Positions 17,962-27,750 of a stretch of 50,689 nucleotides of DNA are shown in pieces (position 1 is the first letter of the stretch; each line of letters begins with the position of its first letter). A model generated the notes under the pieces. It was not told the origin of the DNA and searched no databases. It saw only the letters and a list, made by a program, of their open reading frames with translations. This DNA is from Porticoccaceae bacterium (GTDB taxonomy: Bacteria; Pseudomonadota; Gammaproteobacteria; Pseudomonadales; Porticoccaceae). A program made the translations under genes and the position numbers. The stretch spans positions 1 to 50,689 of the forward strand of contig PALW01000062.1 in NCBI GenBank assembly GCA_002710745.1. The letters are read 5' to 3'.

Positions 17962-18679
17962 CGGGAAAAAAGTAGTTGCCATAGTTACTGCAAGAGGAGG
18001 TTCGAAGGGGCTCCCTAGGAAAAACAAAAAAGTACTTGCTGGAAAGCCTTTAGTTACCTGGCCTATTGAGGCTGCCGTGATGTGCAATCATGTAGACCGA
18101 GTGCTTTTATCAACGGACTGCACGGAAATAGCTGATATCGGAAGATTAGCTGGTGCTGAGGTGATTTCTTTAAGACCTGAGTATTTAGCTTCAGACCAAG
18201 CAAAAAGCGTAGATGTTATCTTGCATGTGTTGGAAGAACTAAAGTATTTAAAAGATTTCTATGACTATGTTGTTATGCTTGAACCTACGTCCCCACTTAC
18301 GGATTGCGAAGATATTTCAAAGGCACTACTTCTATTGGAGCGGAATCAAAAGGTAGCAGACTCGGTTGTCGGGATAGCAGCTATAGAGGCTACTCACCCA
18401 GAGTATGCCGTAAAAAGCGGAGATAATGGAATATTACAACCCGCTTTTGCGACTGATTTTAGCACCCTACGCAGAAGGCAGGATGTTGAGGAATTATACT
18501 TTCTTGAAGGAACTTTGTATGCGTCTGAAGTTAGTGCCTTGGAAAGGGAAAAAAATTTCTATCATTCGAGAACGATGGGATTTAAGGTTCCACGCTGGAA
18601 GTCTTTTGAGGTTGATGAGATGGTGGATTTTATATGCATCGAGGCAATTCTTGCTAATTTGAATAAGTTAGATAGTTAG
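17942..18679 (+). CDS. CMP-nonulosonic acid synthetase (acylneuraminate cytidylyltransferase family)
   Basis: VVAIVTARGGSKGLPRKNKKVLAGKPLV signature. TTG start at 17942 or 17954, overlapping the end of the upstream gene. Confidence 0.85.
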   Translation: MKSKLINGKKVVAIVTARGGSKGLPRKNKKVLAGKPLVTWPIEAAVMCNHVDRVLLSTDCTEIADIGRLAGAEVISLRPEYLASDQAKSVDVILHVLEELKYLKDFYDYVVMLEPTSPLTDCEDISKALLLLERNQKVADSVVGIAAIEATHPEYAVKSGDNGILQPAFATDFSTLRRRQDVEELYFLEGTLYASEVSALEREKNFYHSRTMGFKVPRWKSFEVDEMVDFICIEAILANLNKLDS

Positions 18680-18714
18680 TACAGTTAATAATATGGCAAC
18701 TTTTTAAGGGTAGT

Positions 18715-19815
18715 ATGATGGCGATTGAAGGCGTTTTTTGGTGTAGTACCTGTTTGAATATGTCCACTAGAAACAGAATTGAATTTGACTCACAGGGACG
18801 TTGCAATGCATGTGTCTGGTCTGAAGAGAAAAAAACACTCGATTGGAAGGGGCGCGAACGCGAACTGAAAGAGTTATTTACAAGACACAAAAATGACGGG
18901 CCATATGACCTGATAGTTCCCGTTAGTGGGGGTAAAGATGGTTCATATGTTGCTTATAACTGTAAGCACAAGTATGGTTTAAATCCCCTTTGTGTGACTG
19001 TTCATCCTCCTACACGCTCGAATATAGGTTACACAAATCTGGAAAATTTTAAAAAATCTGGATATACATTATTGGAAGTGAATCTTCCCTATGAGGCTCT
19101 CAGAAAAATGAATATCCGTGGTTTTGTTGAACAAGGCAGACCTTTATATGGCTGGACAACTGGAATCTTTAGTGCTGTTCTGCGAATTGCTGAAGCATTT
19201 AATATAAGCCTAATAATGTATGGAGAGAATGGAGAGATAGAATATGGCGGATCGAATGACTCAAAGTATAGACCTATTTTCACTCCAGATTTTGCGAAAA
19301 ATGTGTTCCTAGAGAACGAAGTTGATAAGACATTTAGGGATTTGAATGAAAGTGATGCATATTTTTGGACGTTTCCAGATAAGAACTCTAAGGTTGAGTT
19401 GGCTCATTGGTCATATTATGAAGACTGGGATTCCTATAGAAATTATATGATTGCGAAGGAGCATTGTGGTCTTCAAGAGAGAGAGGAGCAAAATTCTGGC
19501 ACATATACCAATTTCGCACAAAATGATAATGTTTTGTATGATCTTCATACCTATCTAATGTACTTAAAGTTTGGATTTGGTAGAGCAACGCAAGACGCAG
19601 GAATAGATATCAGGCGTGGAGCGATGACAAGAGAGCAGGCAGTCCAACTTGCATCTCTATACGATAATGAGTTACCAGAAACATACGTAGATGAATATTT
19701 AGATTATTATCAAATGTCGCGTGCGGAATTTGATCAGGTGCTCTCTAAATGGGCAAATACAGAGCTATTTACTTTTGATGGACATAATTTTACTCCAAAG
19801 TTTGAGATTATCTAA
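18715..19815 (+). CDS. N-acetyl sugar amidotransferase (WbuX/PseA-like PP-loop enzyme)
   Basis: N-terminal Cys pairs CSTC...CNAC and the PP-loop VPVSGGKDGSY. The size and its neighbours (HisH/HisF-like genes) fit the WbuX family. Confidence 0.85.
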   Translation: MMAIEGVFWCSTCLNMSTRNRIEFDSQGRCNACVWSEEKKTLDWKGRERELKELFTRHKNDGPYDLIVPVSGGKDGSYVAYNCKHKYGLNPLCVTVHPPTRSNIGYTNLENFKKSGYTLLEVNLPYEALRKMNIRGFVEQGRPLYGWTTGIFSAVLRIAEAFNISLIMYGENGEIEYGGSNDSKYRPIFTPDFAKNVFLENEVDKTFRDLNESDAYFWTFPDKNSKVELAHWSYYEDWDSYRNYMIAKEHCGLQEREEQNSGTYTNFAQNDNVLYDLHTYLMYLKFGFGRATQDAGIDIRRGAMTREQAVQLASLYDNELPETYVDEYLDYYQMSRAEFDQVLSKWANTELFTFDGHNFTPKFEII

Positions 19816-20420
19816 TGATTGGCATTATTGATTACTCAATAAATAATATCCGTTCTATTCTGAACGCAATCCAATTTTTACAAATTAAACACGAGGTAGT
19901 TACAAATCCAGAGCGACTAAATTCATATAAGATGTTAATTCTTCCTGGCGTAGGTTCGTTTGATTCTGGGGTAACCGCTCTTAAATCGAGTGGTATGTTT
20001 GCAAAACTTCAGTCACTCGATTTAGACAATATTAAAATATTCGGGATTTGTTTGGGTATGCAGTTGTTATGTAAAAATAGTGAAGAAGGACAACTTGAAG
20101 GGTTGGGTTTAATAGATACAAAAGTTGTCAATTTAAAAAATAAACGATGTATTGGGAAAATACCTCATGTTGGATTCAATACCATCATTTCTGGAGGTGA
20201 GAGTAGTTTCTTAGAATCCATGATTGGTAGTGACTTTTATTTTGTTCACTCATTCGGCATCGATCAGCGTTCTATGTTGTTTGAGACAGCGGAGTGCGAC
20301 TATGAAGGAGCAGAAATTATTGCAGCTTTCCATGCTGGAAATATTTTTGGGACGCAATTTCATCCAGAAAAATCTGGTACTAAAGGTCTGGAATTAATCC
20401 GCCGAGCCTATGAATGTTAA
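19815..20420 (+). CDS. Glutamine amidotransferase, HisH-like (WbuY-type)
   Basis: IGIIDY..., catalytic GICLGMQLL and FHPEKS motifs. Start overlaps the stop of the upstream gene. Confidence 0.85.
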   Translation: MIGIIDYSINNIRSILNAIQFLQIKHEVVTNPERLNSYKMLILPGVGSFDSGVTALKSSGMFAKLQSLDLDNIKIFGICLGMQLLCKNSEEGQLEGLGLIDTKVVNLKNKRCIGKIPHVGFNTIISGGESSFLESMIGSDFYFVHSFGIDQRSMLFETAECDYEGAEIIAAFHAGNIFGTQFHPEKSGTKGLELIRRAYEC

Positions 20421-21184
20421 AGAAACGTATTATTTTCGTTCTATTTTACCAAAATGGAAGCTTTCATCTAAGTAGAAATTTCGGTCTGCAAAAGGTCGGC
20501 GATACTCAATGGCTTTTAGAAAAATTCCAATTTTTAAAAATTGGTGATTATATTGATGAATTAATTATTCTCGATGTATCAAGAGATAGAATTAATGAAC
20601 CAGTTTCATCCCAGCTCGAAGAGGATGTTAAAAACCTAATGGCAAAGATTTTTGTACCATTAACTTTAGGCGGAGGCATAAGAACACTTGACCATGTGTC
20701 GAGATGTTTCCAGGCTGGAGCCGATAAAGTAAGTTTAAATTGGGCCTTGGGTAATTCACCTGACTTGATTTCTGAAATCTCAAAAAGATATGGATCTCAA
20801 TCGGTTGTCGCATCTATGGATGTTCGTTATGTTTCTGGGAAATACGATGTGTTTTGTGATTATGGTCAGACGAGAATTGGATCACTTTTAGATGTCTCAA
20901 AACAATCCGAAGATCTTGGTGCGGGAGAACTATTTATTACTAGTATAGACCGTGATGGTACTGGTTTTGGTTTAGATTTGAATATTTTCAAGGAACTAGA
21001 GGATGTTAGAGTTCCAATTATTGCTTCTGGTGGCGCCGGGAAGCCGCTTCATTTTTTTGAAGCATTAAGTTTGAAAAGTATCTCTGGAGTGGCGACGGGA
21101 AATCTTTTCAATTTTATGGGATCTGGATTTTTCGAGCTCAGGAGCGAACTGGGTAAAAAATTACCATACTTGCGTAAATTATAA
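20414..21184 (+). CDS. HisF-like cyclase subunit (WbuZ-type)
   Basis: (beta/alpha)8 HisF-like motifs (LTLGGGIRT, ITSIDRDGTGFG, IASGGAG). Overlaps the hisH-like gene by 7 nt. Confidence 0.85.
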   Translation: MLKKRIIFVLFYQNGSFHLSRNFGLQKVGDTQWLLEKFQFLKIGDYIDELIILDVSRDRINEPVSSQLEEDVKNLMAKIFVPLTLGGGIRTLDHVSRCFQAGADKVSLNWALGNSPDLISEISKRYGSQSVVASMDVRYVSGKYDVFCDYGQTRIGSLLDVSKQSEDLGAGELFITSIDRDGTGFGLDLNIFKELEDVRVPIIASGGAGKPLHFFEALSLKSISGVATGNLFNFMGSGFFELRSELGKKLPYLRKL

Positions 21185-21233
21185 AGTTTGTTTTTATTTT
21201 ATAAAAACTAATTACCTTTTTGAGTTTATTAAT

Positions 21234-21893
21234 ATGCAGTTTCGGATTAGTTTGAAAGAACAGGAATTGGCAGGATATTTGGTGTCTCAATTGAATAGTT
21301 TTTTCCCGTCAAAGCCCTTAGTTTGTATTAAAGATTTGCTCAAGCTTCAAAGTTTAGCTTTAAACAAACTCGAATTTTGTTTTAGTAAGATAAATATTAA
21401 GTACTTTTGTGATGGTAAGACATCGATATTTAATCATTTGAATGGAGATCAATACAGTATGTACCTCTACTTGATGAGTTATTTAGCGTATAAGGATCTT
21501 AATAATTCTGAGTTAGCATCAAAAATTTATTTATTAAATAAAAGTCTTCATGGTATCGACGCTTTTTATGAAGTTGAGTTACCAAATATATTCTTATTTA
21601 TCCATCCGTTAGGCACGGTTCTGGGAAGAGCATCGTATAGTGACTATCTTTTGGTTTATCAGCGCTGCGGTATAGGTGCTAATAAAGGTTTCAAGCCTTC
21701 ACTAGGAAAGTTCCTAACCTTGCACCCGGGGGCGTCTATTTTGGGAAGGTCAGTGACAGGTAATAACTGTGCTGTTGGTAGCGATTCTTTAGTTATTGAT
21801 AAGACTATAAAAGATAATACAACATATATAGGGAATCCGAAGAATTATTACTTGTTGTTTAAAGAGTCTGATTTTGGAGTTTGGAAAATTTAA
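21234..21893 (+). CDS. Hexapeptide-repeat acetyltransferase, serine-acetyltransferase-like
   Basis: Helical N-terminal domain followed by a left-handed beta-helix (IHPLGTVLGRA...IGANKG...LHPGASILGRSVTGNNCAVGSDSLV). Confidence 0.7.
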   Translation: MQFRISLKEQELAGYLVSQLNSFFPSKPLVCIKDLLKLQSLALNKLEFCFSKINIKYFCDGKTSIFNHLNGDQYSMYLYLMSYLAYKDLNNSELASKIYLLNKSLHGIDAFYEVELPNIFLFIHPLGTVLGRASYSDYLLVYQRCGIGANKGFKPSLGKFLTLHPGASILGRSVTGNNCAVGSDSLVIDKTIKDNTTYIGNPKNYYLLFKESDFGVWKI

Positions 21894-21923
21894 CACTACC
21901 CATGAGGAGTTGAGGAAATAGAA

Positions 21924-23246
21924 ATGGTAACTAAACGAGGTAAAGGTCAAGAATTATGGAAAAAAGCTAAGACTATAATTCCTGGAGGAAATCAGCTCTT
22001 ATCCAAGCGATCAGAGATGTTTTTGCCTAATCTTTGGCCATCATATTACTCCAAAGCTAGTGGTTATAAAATTTGGGATCTTGATGATAATGAGTTTAAT
22101 GATTTTGCTACTATGGGTGTTGGCTCCTGTGTTCTAGGTTATGCTGATGCGGACGTAAATTCTCGCGTTAAAGATTCTATAGACCGAGGCTCTATGTCAT
22201 CGCTAAACTCGTACGAAGAAGTTGAATTAGCAGAAAAGTTAGTTTGTCTCCATCATTGGGCTGACATGGCCAGATTTTCAAGGTCAGGGGGAGAGGCTTG
22301 CTCGATTGCTATAAGGATTGCGAGAGCTCATGCTAAGAGAGATAAGGTTTTATTTTGTGGTTATCACGGATGGCATGACTGGTATTTATCTTCAAATATA
22401 GAGGATGCTACCAACCTTAATCAACAGCTTTTGGCGGGTCTGTCCAGTGATGGAGTTGCTAAGAACTTGACTGGTACAGCACTTCCTTTTACATATAACG
22501 ATCTAGATGGTTTTTGTAATCTAGTAGCTCGCCATAAAGGAGAAATTGCAGCCGTAATTATGGAGCCCATGAGAGGATCTGCTCCTAATCAAGGATTTTT
22601 GGAAGGTATTAGAGAGATTACAAGAGAGCAGGGGATTGTATTGATTTTTGATGAGATTACCTCTGGTTTTCGTGTTAATTTTGGGGGTGTCCATATGACC
22701 TATGGTGTTCACCCAGATATGGCGATATTCGGCAAGGCATTAGGTAACGGCTTTCCAATTTCCGCTATTGTGGGTACTTCCAAAGTAATGGATGCAGCGC
22801 AGGGAACGTTTGTTAGTTCCACGTTTTGGACAGAGCGGGTAGGTTTTACAGCAGCTTTAGCAACACTAGAAAAGTATGAGAAGCGCAAAGTTCATTTGCG
22901 TCTCACTGAGTGTGGAAAAAAAATTAATAAAAGTTGGAATGATATAGCAGAATTGACAGGATTAGATGTAAGTATTTCGGGTTTAGAGCCACTCACTCAT
23001 ATAGATTTTAACTACTCTAGCGGAGCTTGTCTTCAAACAATTTACACACAAGAAATGTTAAAGCGAGGACATTTATTAGGATCTAGCGTGTATACAACTT
23101 ATGCATATGATGATGAGGTTCTAGAGGAGTTCCATAAAGATTCTGTCGAGTCGTTTAAGATTATTAAGTCCGCAATAGAGTCTGGGCATCCAGAAAGATT
23201 TTTAATCTCTGGTGTGAAGCATTCTGGATTTCAAAGATTAACTTAA
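21924..23246 (+). CDS. Class-III PLP aminotransferase, glutamate-1-semialdehyde aminomutase-like
   Basis: HemL-like layout: GGNQLLSK, SRSGGEA, IFDEITSGFR and the candidate PLP lysine in FGKALGNG. Confidence 0.8.
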   Translation: MVTKRGKGQELWKKAKTIIPGGNQLLSKRSEMFLPNLWPSYYSKASGYKIWDLDDNEFNDFATMGVGSCVLGYADADVNSRVKDSIDRGSMSSLNSYEEVELAEKLVCLHHWADMARFSRSGGEACSIAIRIARAHAKRDKVLFCGYHGWHDWYLSSNIEDATNLNQQLLAGLSSDGVAKNLTGTALPFTYNDLDGFCNLVARHKGEIAAVIMEPMRGSAPNQGFLEGIREITREQGIVLIFDEITSGFRVNFGGVHMTYGVHPDMAIFGKALGNGFPISAIVGTSKVMDAAQGTFVSSTFWTERVGFTAALATLEKYEKRKVHLRLTECGKKINKSWNDIAELTGLDVSISGLEPLTHIDFNYSSGACLQTIYTQEMLKRGHLLGSSVYTTYAYDDEVLEEFHKDSVESFKIIKSAIESGHPERFLISGVKHSGFQRLT

Positions 23247-23281
23247 GATATGCCCGCTTTGAAAAAACTTCATATCATAAA

Positions 23282-24106
23282 ATGGTAAATACCATGAAAA
23301 TTCTAAAAAAATTCTGTCTCGATGAAAAGGTTGCTTTAGTAACAGGCGGCAGCGGATTGCTTGGTAGAAAAATATGTGAGGGCCTTCTAGATGTTGGTGC
23401 TTTTGTTGCTCTAATTGATGTTAATCTGAATGAGATTGAGGAGTGGTCAGCTCAACTCGACATAAAAAAAGGGCAATTGAGTATTTTTGAGTGCGACGTA
23501 TCTAGTGATAGATCAGTTAAATTATGCGTGGACGCAGTAGTTAAAACATTTGGTCATATTGATATTCTTTTTAACAATGCAGCTACCAAAACTGCGAATT
23601 TGCATGACTTTTTTGAGTCATTCGAAAAGTATTCGATAGATGTTTGGCGACAAGTAATGTCCGTAAATATAGATGGAATGTTTTTGATGGCTCAAGCTGT
23701 TGGGCCACATATGATTAAGGTTGGAGGTGGTTCTATAGTTCAAACTTCATCTATTTATGGTTTAAGTGGTCCAGATAATAGGATATATAAAGGCTCTGAA
23801 TATTTAGGTATGGAGATCAATAGTCCTGCCGTTTATTCTGCTTCGAAAGCGGCTGTAGTGGGGTTTACTAAGTGGTTAGCAACATATTGGGCTTCTAAGG
23901 AAATTAGAGTAAATTGTTTGGTTCCAGGAGGCGTATCTAGCGGTCAAAACTCTGTTTTTTCTAAAGCATACTCTGACCGTATTCCTATGGGCAGAATGGC
24001 TTTTCCCAGTGAGCTAATTCCTTTAGCAATATACTTGGCTTCGGATGCATCTACCTACGTTACTGGTCAAGTAATTTCGGTTGATGGTGGCCTATCTGCT
24101 TGGTGA
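23282..24106 (+). CDS. Short-chain dehydrogenase/reductase (SDR)
   Basis: VTGGSGLLG (TGxxxGxG), NNAA and the YSASKAAV (YxxxK) motif. Confidence 0.85.
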   Translation: MVNTMKILKKFCLDEKVALVTGGSGLLGRKICEGLLDVGAFVALIDVNLNEIEEWSAQLDIKKGQLSIFECDVSSDRSVKLCVDAVVKTFGHIDILFNNAATKTANLHDFFESFEKYSIDVWRQVMSVNIDGMFLMAQAVGPHMIKVGGGSIVQTSSIYGLSGPDNRIYKGSEYLGMEINSPAVYSASKAAVVGFTKWLATYWASKEIRVNCLVPGGVSSGQNSVFSKAYSDRIPMGRMAFPSELIPLAIYLASDASTYVTGQVISVDGGLSAW

Positions 24107-24213
24107 AGGCAGAGTCTATATTAAATATATAATCTGATTTCGTTTTTTATAATTTAGGGGTGTGAATTGGAGTTCGTCCTCCTTTTGAGATCGAGCTTGT
24201 TTTGGAGAAACAG

Positions 24214-25380
24214 ATGAACATTACGGTAGTAGGTGCGGGTTATGTTGGTCTTTCGTTGGCAGTTTTGCTTGCCCAGCAAAACAACGTAACACTGTTAGAA
24301 ATAGATCAAGAAAAAAGAGACAAAATTAATAAAAGAATATCCCCAATTGAAGATAAGGATATTCAAAATTATTTTGAAATCAAAAAGCTTAATTTGATTG
24401 CCACAGCGGATCTGGAACAAGCTTATGCAAATTCTCAATTCGTAATTATTGCAACTCCTACAGATTATGATGAAAAAAATAATTTCTTTAATACGGAGTC
24501 TGTGGAGTGTGTGGTTGATGATGTTTTAAGGATTAACCCAAAATGTACTATTATTTTAAAATCTACGGTGCCTGTCGGTTTCACTGAAAAGTTAAGATTG
24601 AAGACTCAGTGTAATAGTTTACTGTTTTCTCCCGAATTTTTGAGGGAGGGATCTGCTTTGTATGATAATTTATATCCATCTCGTATAGTTATTGGCGGGA
24701 GCTCAAAAAATGCGGAAGCTTTTTCAAAACTCCTAGTTGAAGGAGCTGAAAAGAAAGATATCGAAATAATATATGTCAGTTCTACGGAAGCGGAGTCAAT
24801 CAAATTATTTGCTAATACTTATTTAGCAATGAGAATATCTTTCTTTAATGAGCTCGATTCGTTTGCTCAAATCCATCAGCTGAATTCTTCGAAAATTATA
24901 GAGGGGGTTTGCCTTGATTCTCGCATCGGAAATTACTACAACAACCCTTCATTTGGTTATGGCGGTTATTGCTTGCCCAAAGATGTCAAACAACTTAAAG
25001 CAAATTACAGAAATGTGCCTAATTCCTTAATTTCTGCGATTGTAGATGCTAATGTTACACGGAAGGACTTTATTGCAGACATGATTCTTGATAAAAAGCC
25101 TAAAATTGTAGGCGTCCATAGATTGGTCATGAAGTTTGGCTCTGATAATTTTAGAGCATCCTCTATCCAAGGGATAATGAAACGCTTGAAATCGAAAGGA
25201 GTTACCGTAATAGTTTACGAGCCTGTTTTGAGAGATATCAGCTTTTTCAATTCTGAAGTAGTTACAGATTTAGAACAATTTAAAATCAGAAGTGAACTGA
25301 TTATTGCAAATAGAATGTCAGATGAACTTATTGATGTTAATGAGAAAGTTTTCACACGAGATTTATTCAATGAGGGCTGA
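24214..25380 (+). CDS. ugd: UDP-glucose 6-dehydrogenase
   Basis: [14 protein letters not shown], catalytic-Cys motif GGYCLPKD, 388 aa. The track ORF begins at TTG 24202. Confidence 0.9.
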   Translation: MNITVVGAGYVGLSLAVLLAQQNNVTLLEIDQEKRDKINKRISPIEDKDIQNYFEIKKLNLIATADLEQAYANSQFVIIATPTDYDEKNNFFNTESVECVVDDVLRINPKCTIILKSTVPVGFTEKLRLKTQCNSLLFSPEFLREGSALYDNLYPSRIVIGGSSKNAEAFSKLLVEGAEKKDIEIIYVSSTEAESIKLFANTYLAMRISFFNELDSFAQIHQLNSSKIIEGVCLDSRIGNYYNNPSFGYGGYCLPKDVKQLKANYRNVPNSLISAIVDANVTRKDFIADMILDKKPKIVGVHRLVMKFGSDNFRASSIQGIMKRLKSKGVTVIVYEPVLRDISFFNSEVVTDLEQFKIRSELIIANRMSDELIDVNEKVFTRDLFNEG

Positions 25381-25394
25381 AAAAATAGAGAATA

Positions 25395-26423
25395 ATGATG
25401 AAAGTATTAGTAACTGGTAGTGCGGGCTTCATCGGCTCGGCTTTGTGCCTAAGGCTTTTGAAAAGGGGTGATTCAGTTATAGGCATTGATAACCATAATG
25501 ATTATTACGACGTGAATTTAAAAACTGCACGTTTAGAAAGGCACATACATCATGCAAACTATAAGCATCTAAGGATCAACCTTGCGGACAGATTTAAAAT
25601 GGAAGAACTTTTTTCGGGCCATCACTTTGACAGTGTGGTAAATCTGGCTGCACAGGCCGGTGTTAGGTATTCAATTGAAAATCCATCGTCCTATGTTGAT
25701 AGTAATTTACTAGGATTCGCAAATGTTTTGGAAGGATGCCGACAAAGTGACGTAAAACATTTGGTCTATGCCTCCTCAAGCTCTGTTTATGGGTCAAATA
25801 CTAGAGAGCCTTTCGCGGTTAATCATAGTGTTGACCATCCAGTAAGTTTTTATGCTGCTACGAAGAAGGCTAATGAGCTAATGGCTCACTCTTATAGTCA
25901 CCTGTATAGGATTCCTACTACAGGGTTAAGGTTTTTCACCGTATATGGACCATATGACAGGCCTGATATGGCTTTACAAAAGTTTACAAGAGCTATTATG
26001 GATGGAAAATCTATCAAAGTATTCAATTTTGGCAAACACAAGAGAGACTTTACTTTTATTGATGACATAATTGAGGGTGTTGTGAAGGTACTAGATACTC
26101 CTGCAAAAAGTAATCCAAAATGGAATAGTGATAAACCGGAGTCATCAAGTAGTAACGCTCCGTATCGACTTTATAATATAGGGAATAATAGCCCCGTTGA
26201 TCTTCTTGATTATATAGAGTGTCTTGAAAAATATCTCGGGAAAAAAGCAAAAAAAGAAATGTTGCCGATTCAACCAGGAGACGTTTTAAATACTTACGCT
26301 GACGTTCAAAATTTGGTGGAGGATTTTAATTATAGACCTTCGACGACGATAGATCAGGGTATTAAAAAATTTTGCGATTGGTACTTGTCTTATTACAGCC
26401 ATTATTCTGCACAAGATGAGTAA
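25395..26423 (+). CDS. NAD-dependent epimerase, UDP-glucuronate 4-epimerase-like
   Basis: KVLVTGSAGFIGS...DNHNDYYDVNLK, YAATKKANE (YxxxK) and its position directly after ugd. Confidence 0.8.
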   Translation: MMKVLVTGSAGFIGSALCLRLLKRGDSVIGIDNHNDYYDVNLKTARLERHIHHANYKHLRINLADRFKMEELFSGHHFDSVVNLAAQAGVRYSIENPSSYVDSNLLGFANVLEGCRQSDVKHLVYASSSSVYGSNTREPFAVNHSVDHPVSFYAATKKANELMAHSYSHLYRIPTTGLRFFTVYGPYDRPDMALQKFTRAIMDGKSIKVFNFGKHKRDFTFIDDIIEGVVKVLDTPAKSNPKWNSDKPESSSSNAPYRLYNIGNNSPVDLLDYIECLEKYLGKKAKKEMLPIQPGDVLNTYADVQNLVEDFNYRPSTTIDQGIKKFCDWYLSYYSHYSAQDE

Positions 26424-26473
26424 TTTATATTATCAAACAAAAAAATAAGTATATTTAAATTAAGGATGTAAAA

Positions 26474-27607
26474 GTGGATAAAGAAAAAGTTGCTTTGATT
26501 ACGGGTGTTACAGGGCAGGACGGATCATACCTCGCAGAATTTTTACTTGAAAAAGGATATGAAGTACATGGTATAAAGAGAAGGTCATCTTCCTTAAATA
26601 CCGAACGTATTGATCATATATATCAAGATCCACATTTACCTAATTCCAGATTGCATTTACATTATGGGGATCTCACTGATACTTCTAATCTCACTAGGAT
26701 CTTACATCAAGTCCAGCCCGATGAAATATATAATCTAGGTGCTCAGTCTCATGTGGCTGTATCTTTTGAGTCCCCTGAATATACCGCTGATGTTGATGGA
26801 ACTGGCACACTAAGATTATTGGAGGCGATTCGTTTTTTAAAGTTAGATAAAAAAACAAGGTTTTATCAGGCTTCCACATCAGAGTTATTTGGTGAGGTGC
26901 AAGAAGTACCGCAGCGGGAGACAACGCCCTTCTATCCCAGGTCACCATATGCAGTAGCGAAGATGTATGCCTATTGGATTACTAAAAATTATAGAGAGTC
27001 ATACGGTATATATGCTTGTAATGGTATTTTATTCAATCATGAGTCTCCTCGAAGAGGAGAGACTTTTGTAACTCGAAAAATAACTCGAGCTCTTGCAAAT
27101 ATTTCTCAAGGACAGGAAACTTGTTTGTACTTAGGGAACTTGGATGCTTTGAGAGATTGGGGTCACGCAAAGGATTATGTTCGAGTGCAATGGCTAATGC
27201 TGCAACAGGAGGAGCCTGAAGATTTTGTTATTGCAACCGGAAAACAAATAAGTGTGCGTGAATTTGTTCGAATTTCTGCTTTGGAACTTGGAATTGAGTT
27301 AGAATTTGAGAATGAGGGTATACGCGAATTTGCGAAAGTAAAAAGCATTTCAGGCAAAGATGCTCACTGTGTAAAGCAAGGAGATGTGATTGTTAGAGTT
27401 GATCCCCGATATTTCCGTCCAGCAGAAGTAGAGACCTTACTGGGAGATCCTTCAAAAGCCAAGAGAAAATTAGGCTGGGTCCCGGAGATTACTCTAGAAG
27501 AGATGTGTGCTGAGATGGTTGCACATGATCTTAAAATTGCAAAACAAAATGCCTTGCTTAAAAGCCATGGTTTCGAAATTTCAGTTGCTGTTGAGGATAA
27601 GGTTTAG
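26474..27607 (+). CDS. gmd: GDP-mannose 4,6-dehydratase (canonical long form)
   Basis: [68 protein letters not shown] start. Confidence 0.95.
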   Translation: MDKEKVALITGVTGQDGSYLAEFLLEKGYEVHGIKRRSSSLNTERIDHIYQDPHLPNSRLHLHYGDLTDTSNLTRILHQVQPDEIYNLGAQSHVAVSFESPEYTADVDGTGTLRLLEAIRFLKLDKKTRFYQASTSELFGEVQEVPQRETTPFYPRSPYAVAKMYAYWITKNYRESYGIYACNGILFNHESPRRGETFVTRKITRALANISQGQETCLYLGNLDALRDWGHAKDYVRVQWLMLQQEEPEDFVIATGKQISVREFVRISALELGIELEFENEGIREFAKVKSISGKDAHCVKQGDVIVRVDPRYFRPAEVETLLGDPSKAKRKLGWVPEITLEEMCAEMVAHDLKIAKQNALLKSHGFEISVAVEDKV

Positions 27608-27750
27608 ATTTTTTAAACGCTTCAAAATGATCGCATATGCACCTATTTTTTTCTTAATGGAACCACCTTTGCGATTAAATGGTGATCTCTCATGACACAG
27701 ATGTATTTATATCATTAATTACCCCTCATAAGAAAGGTTACAATAATTAT

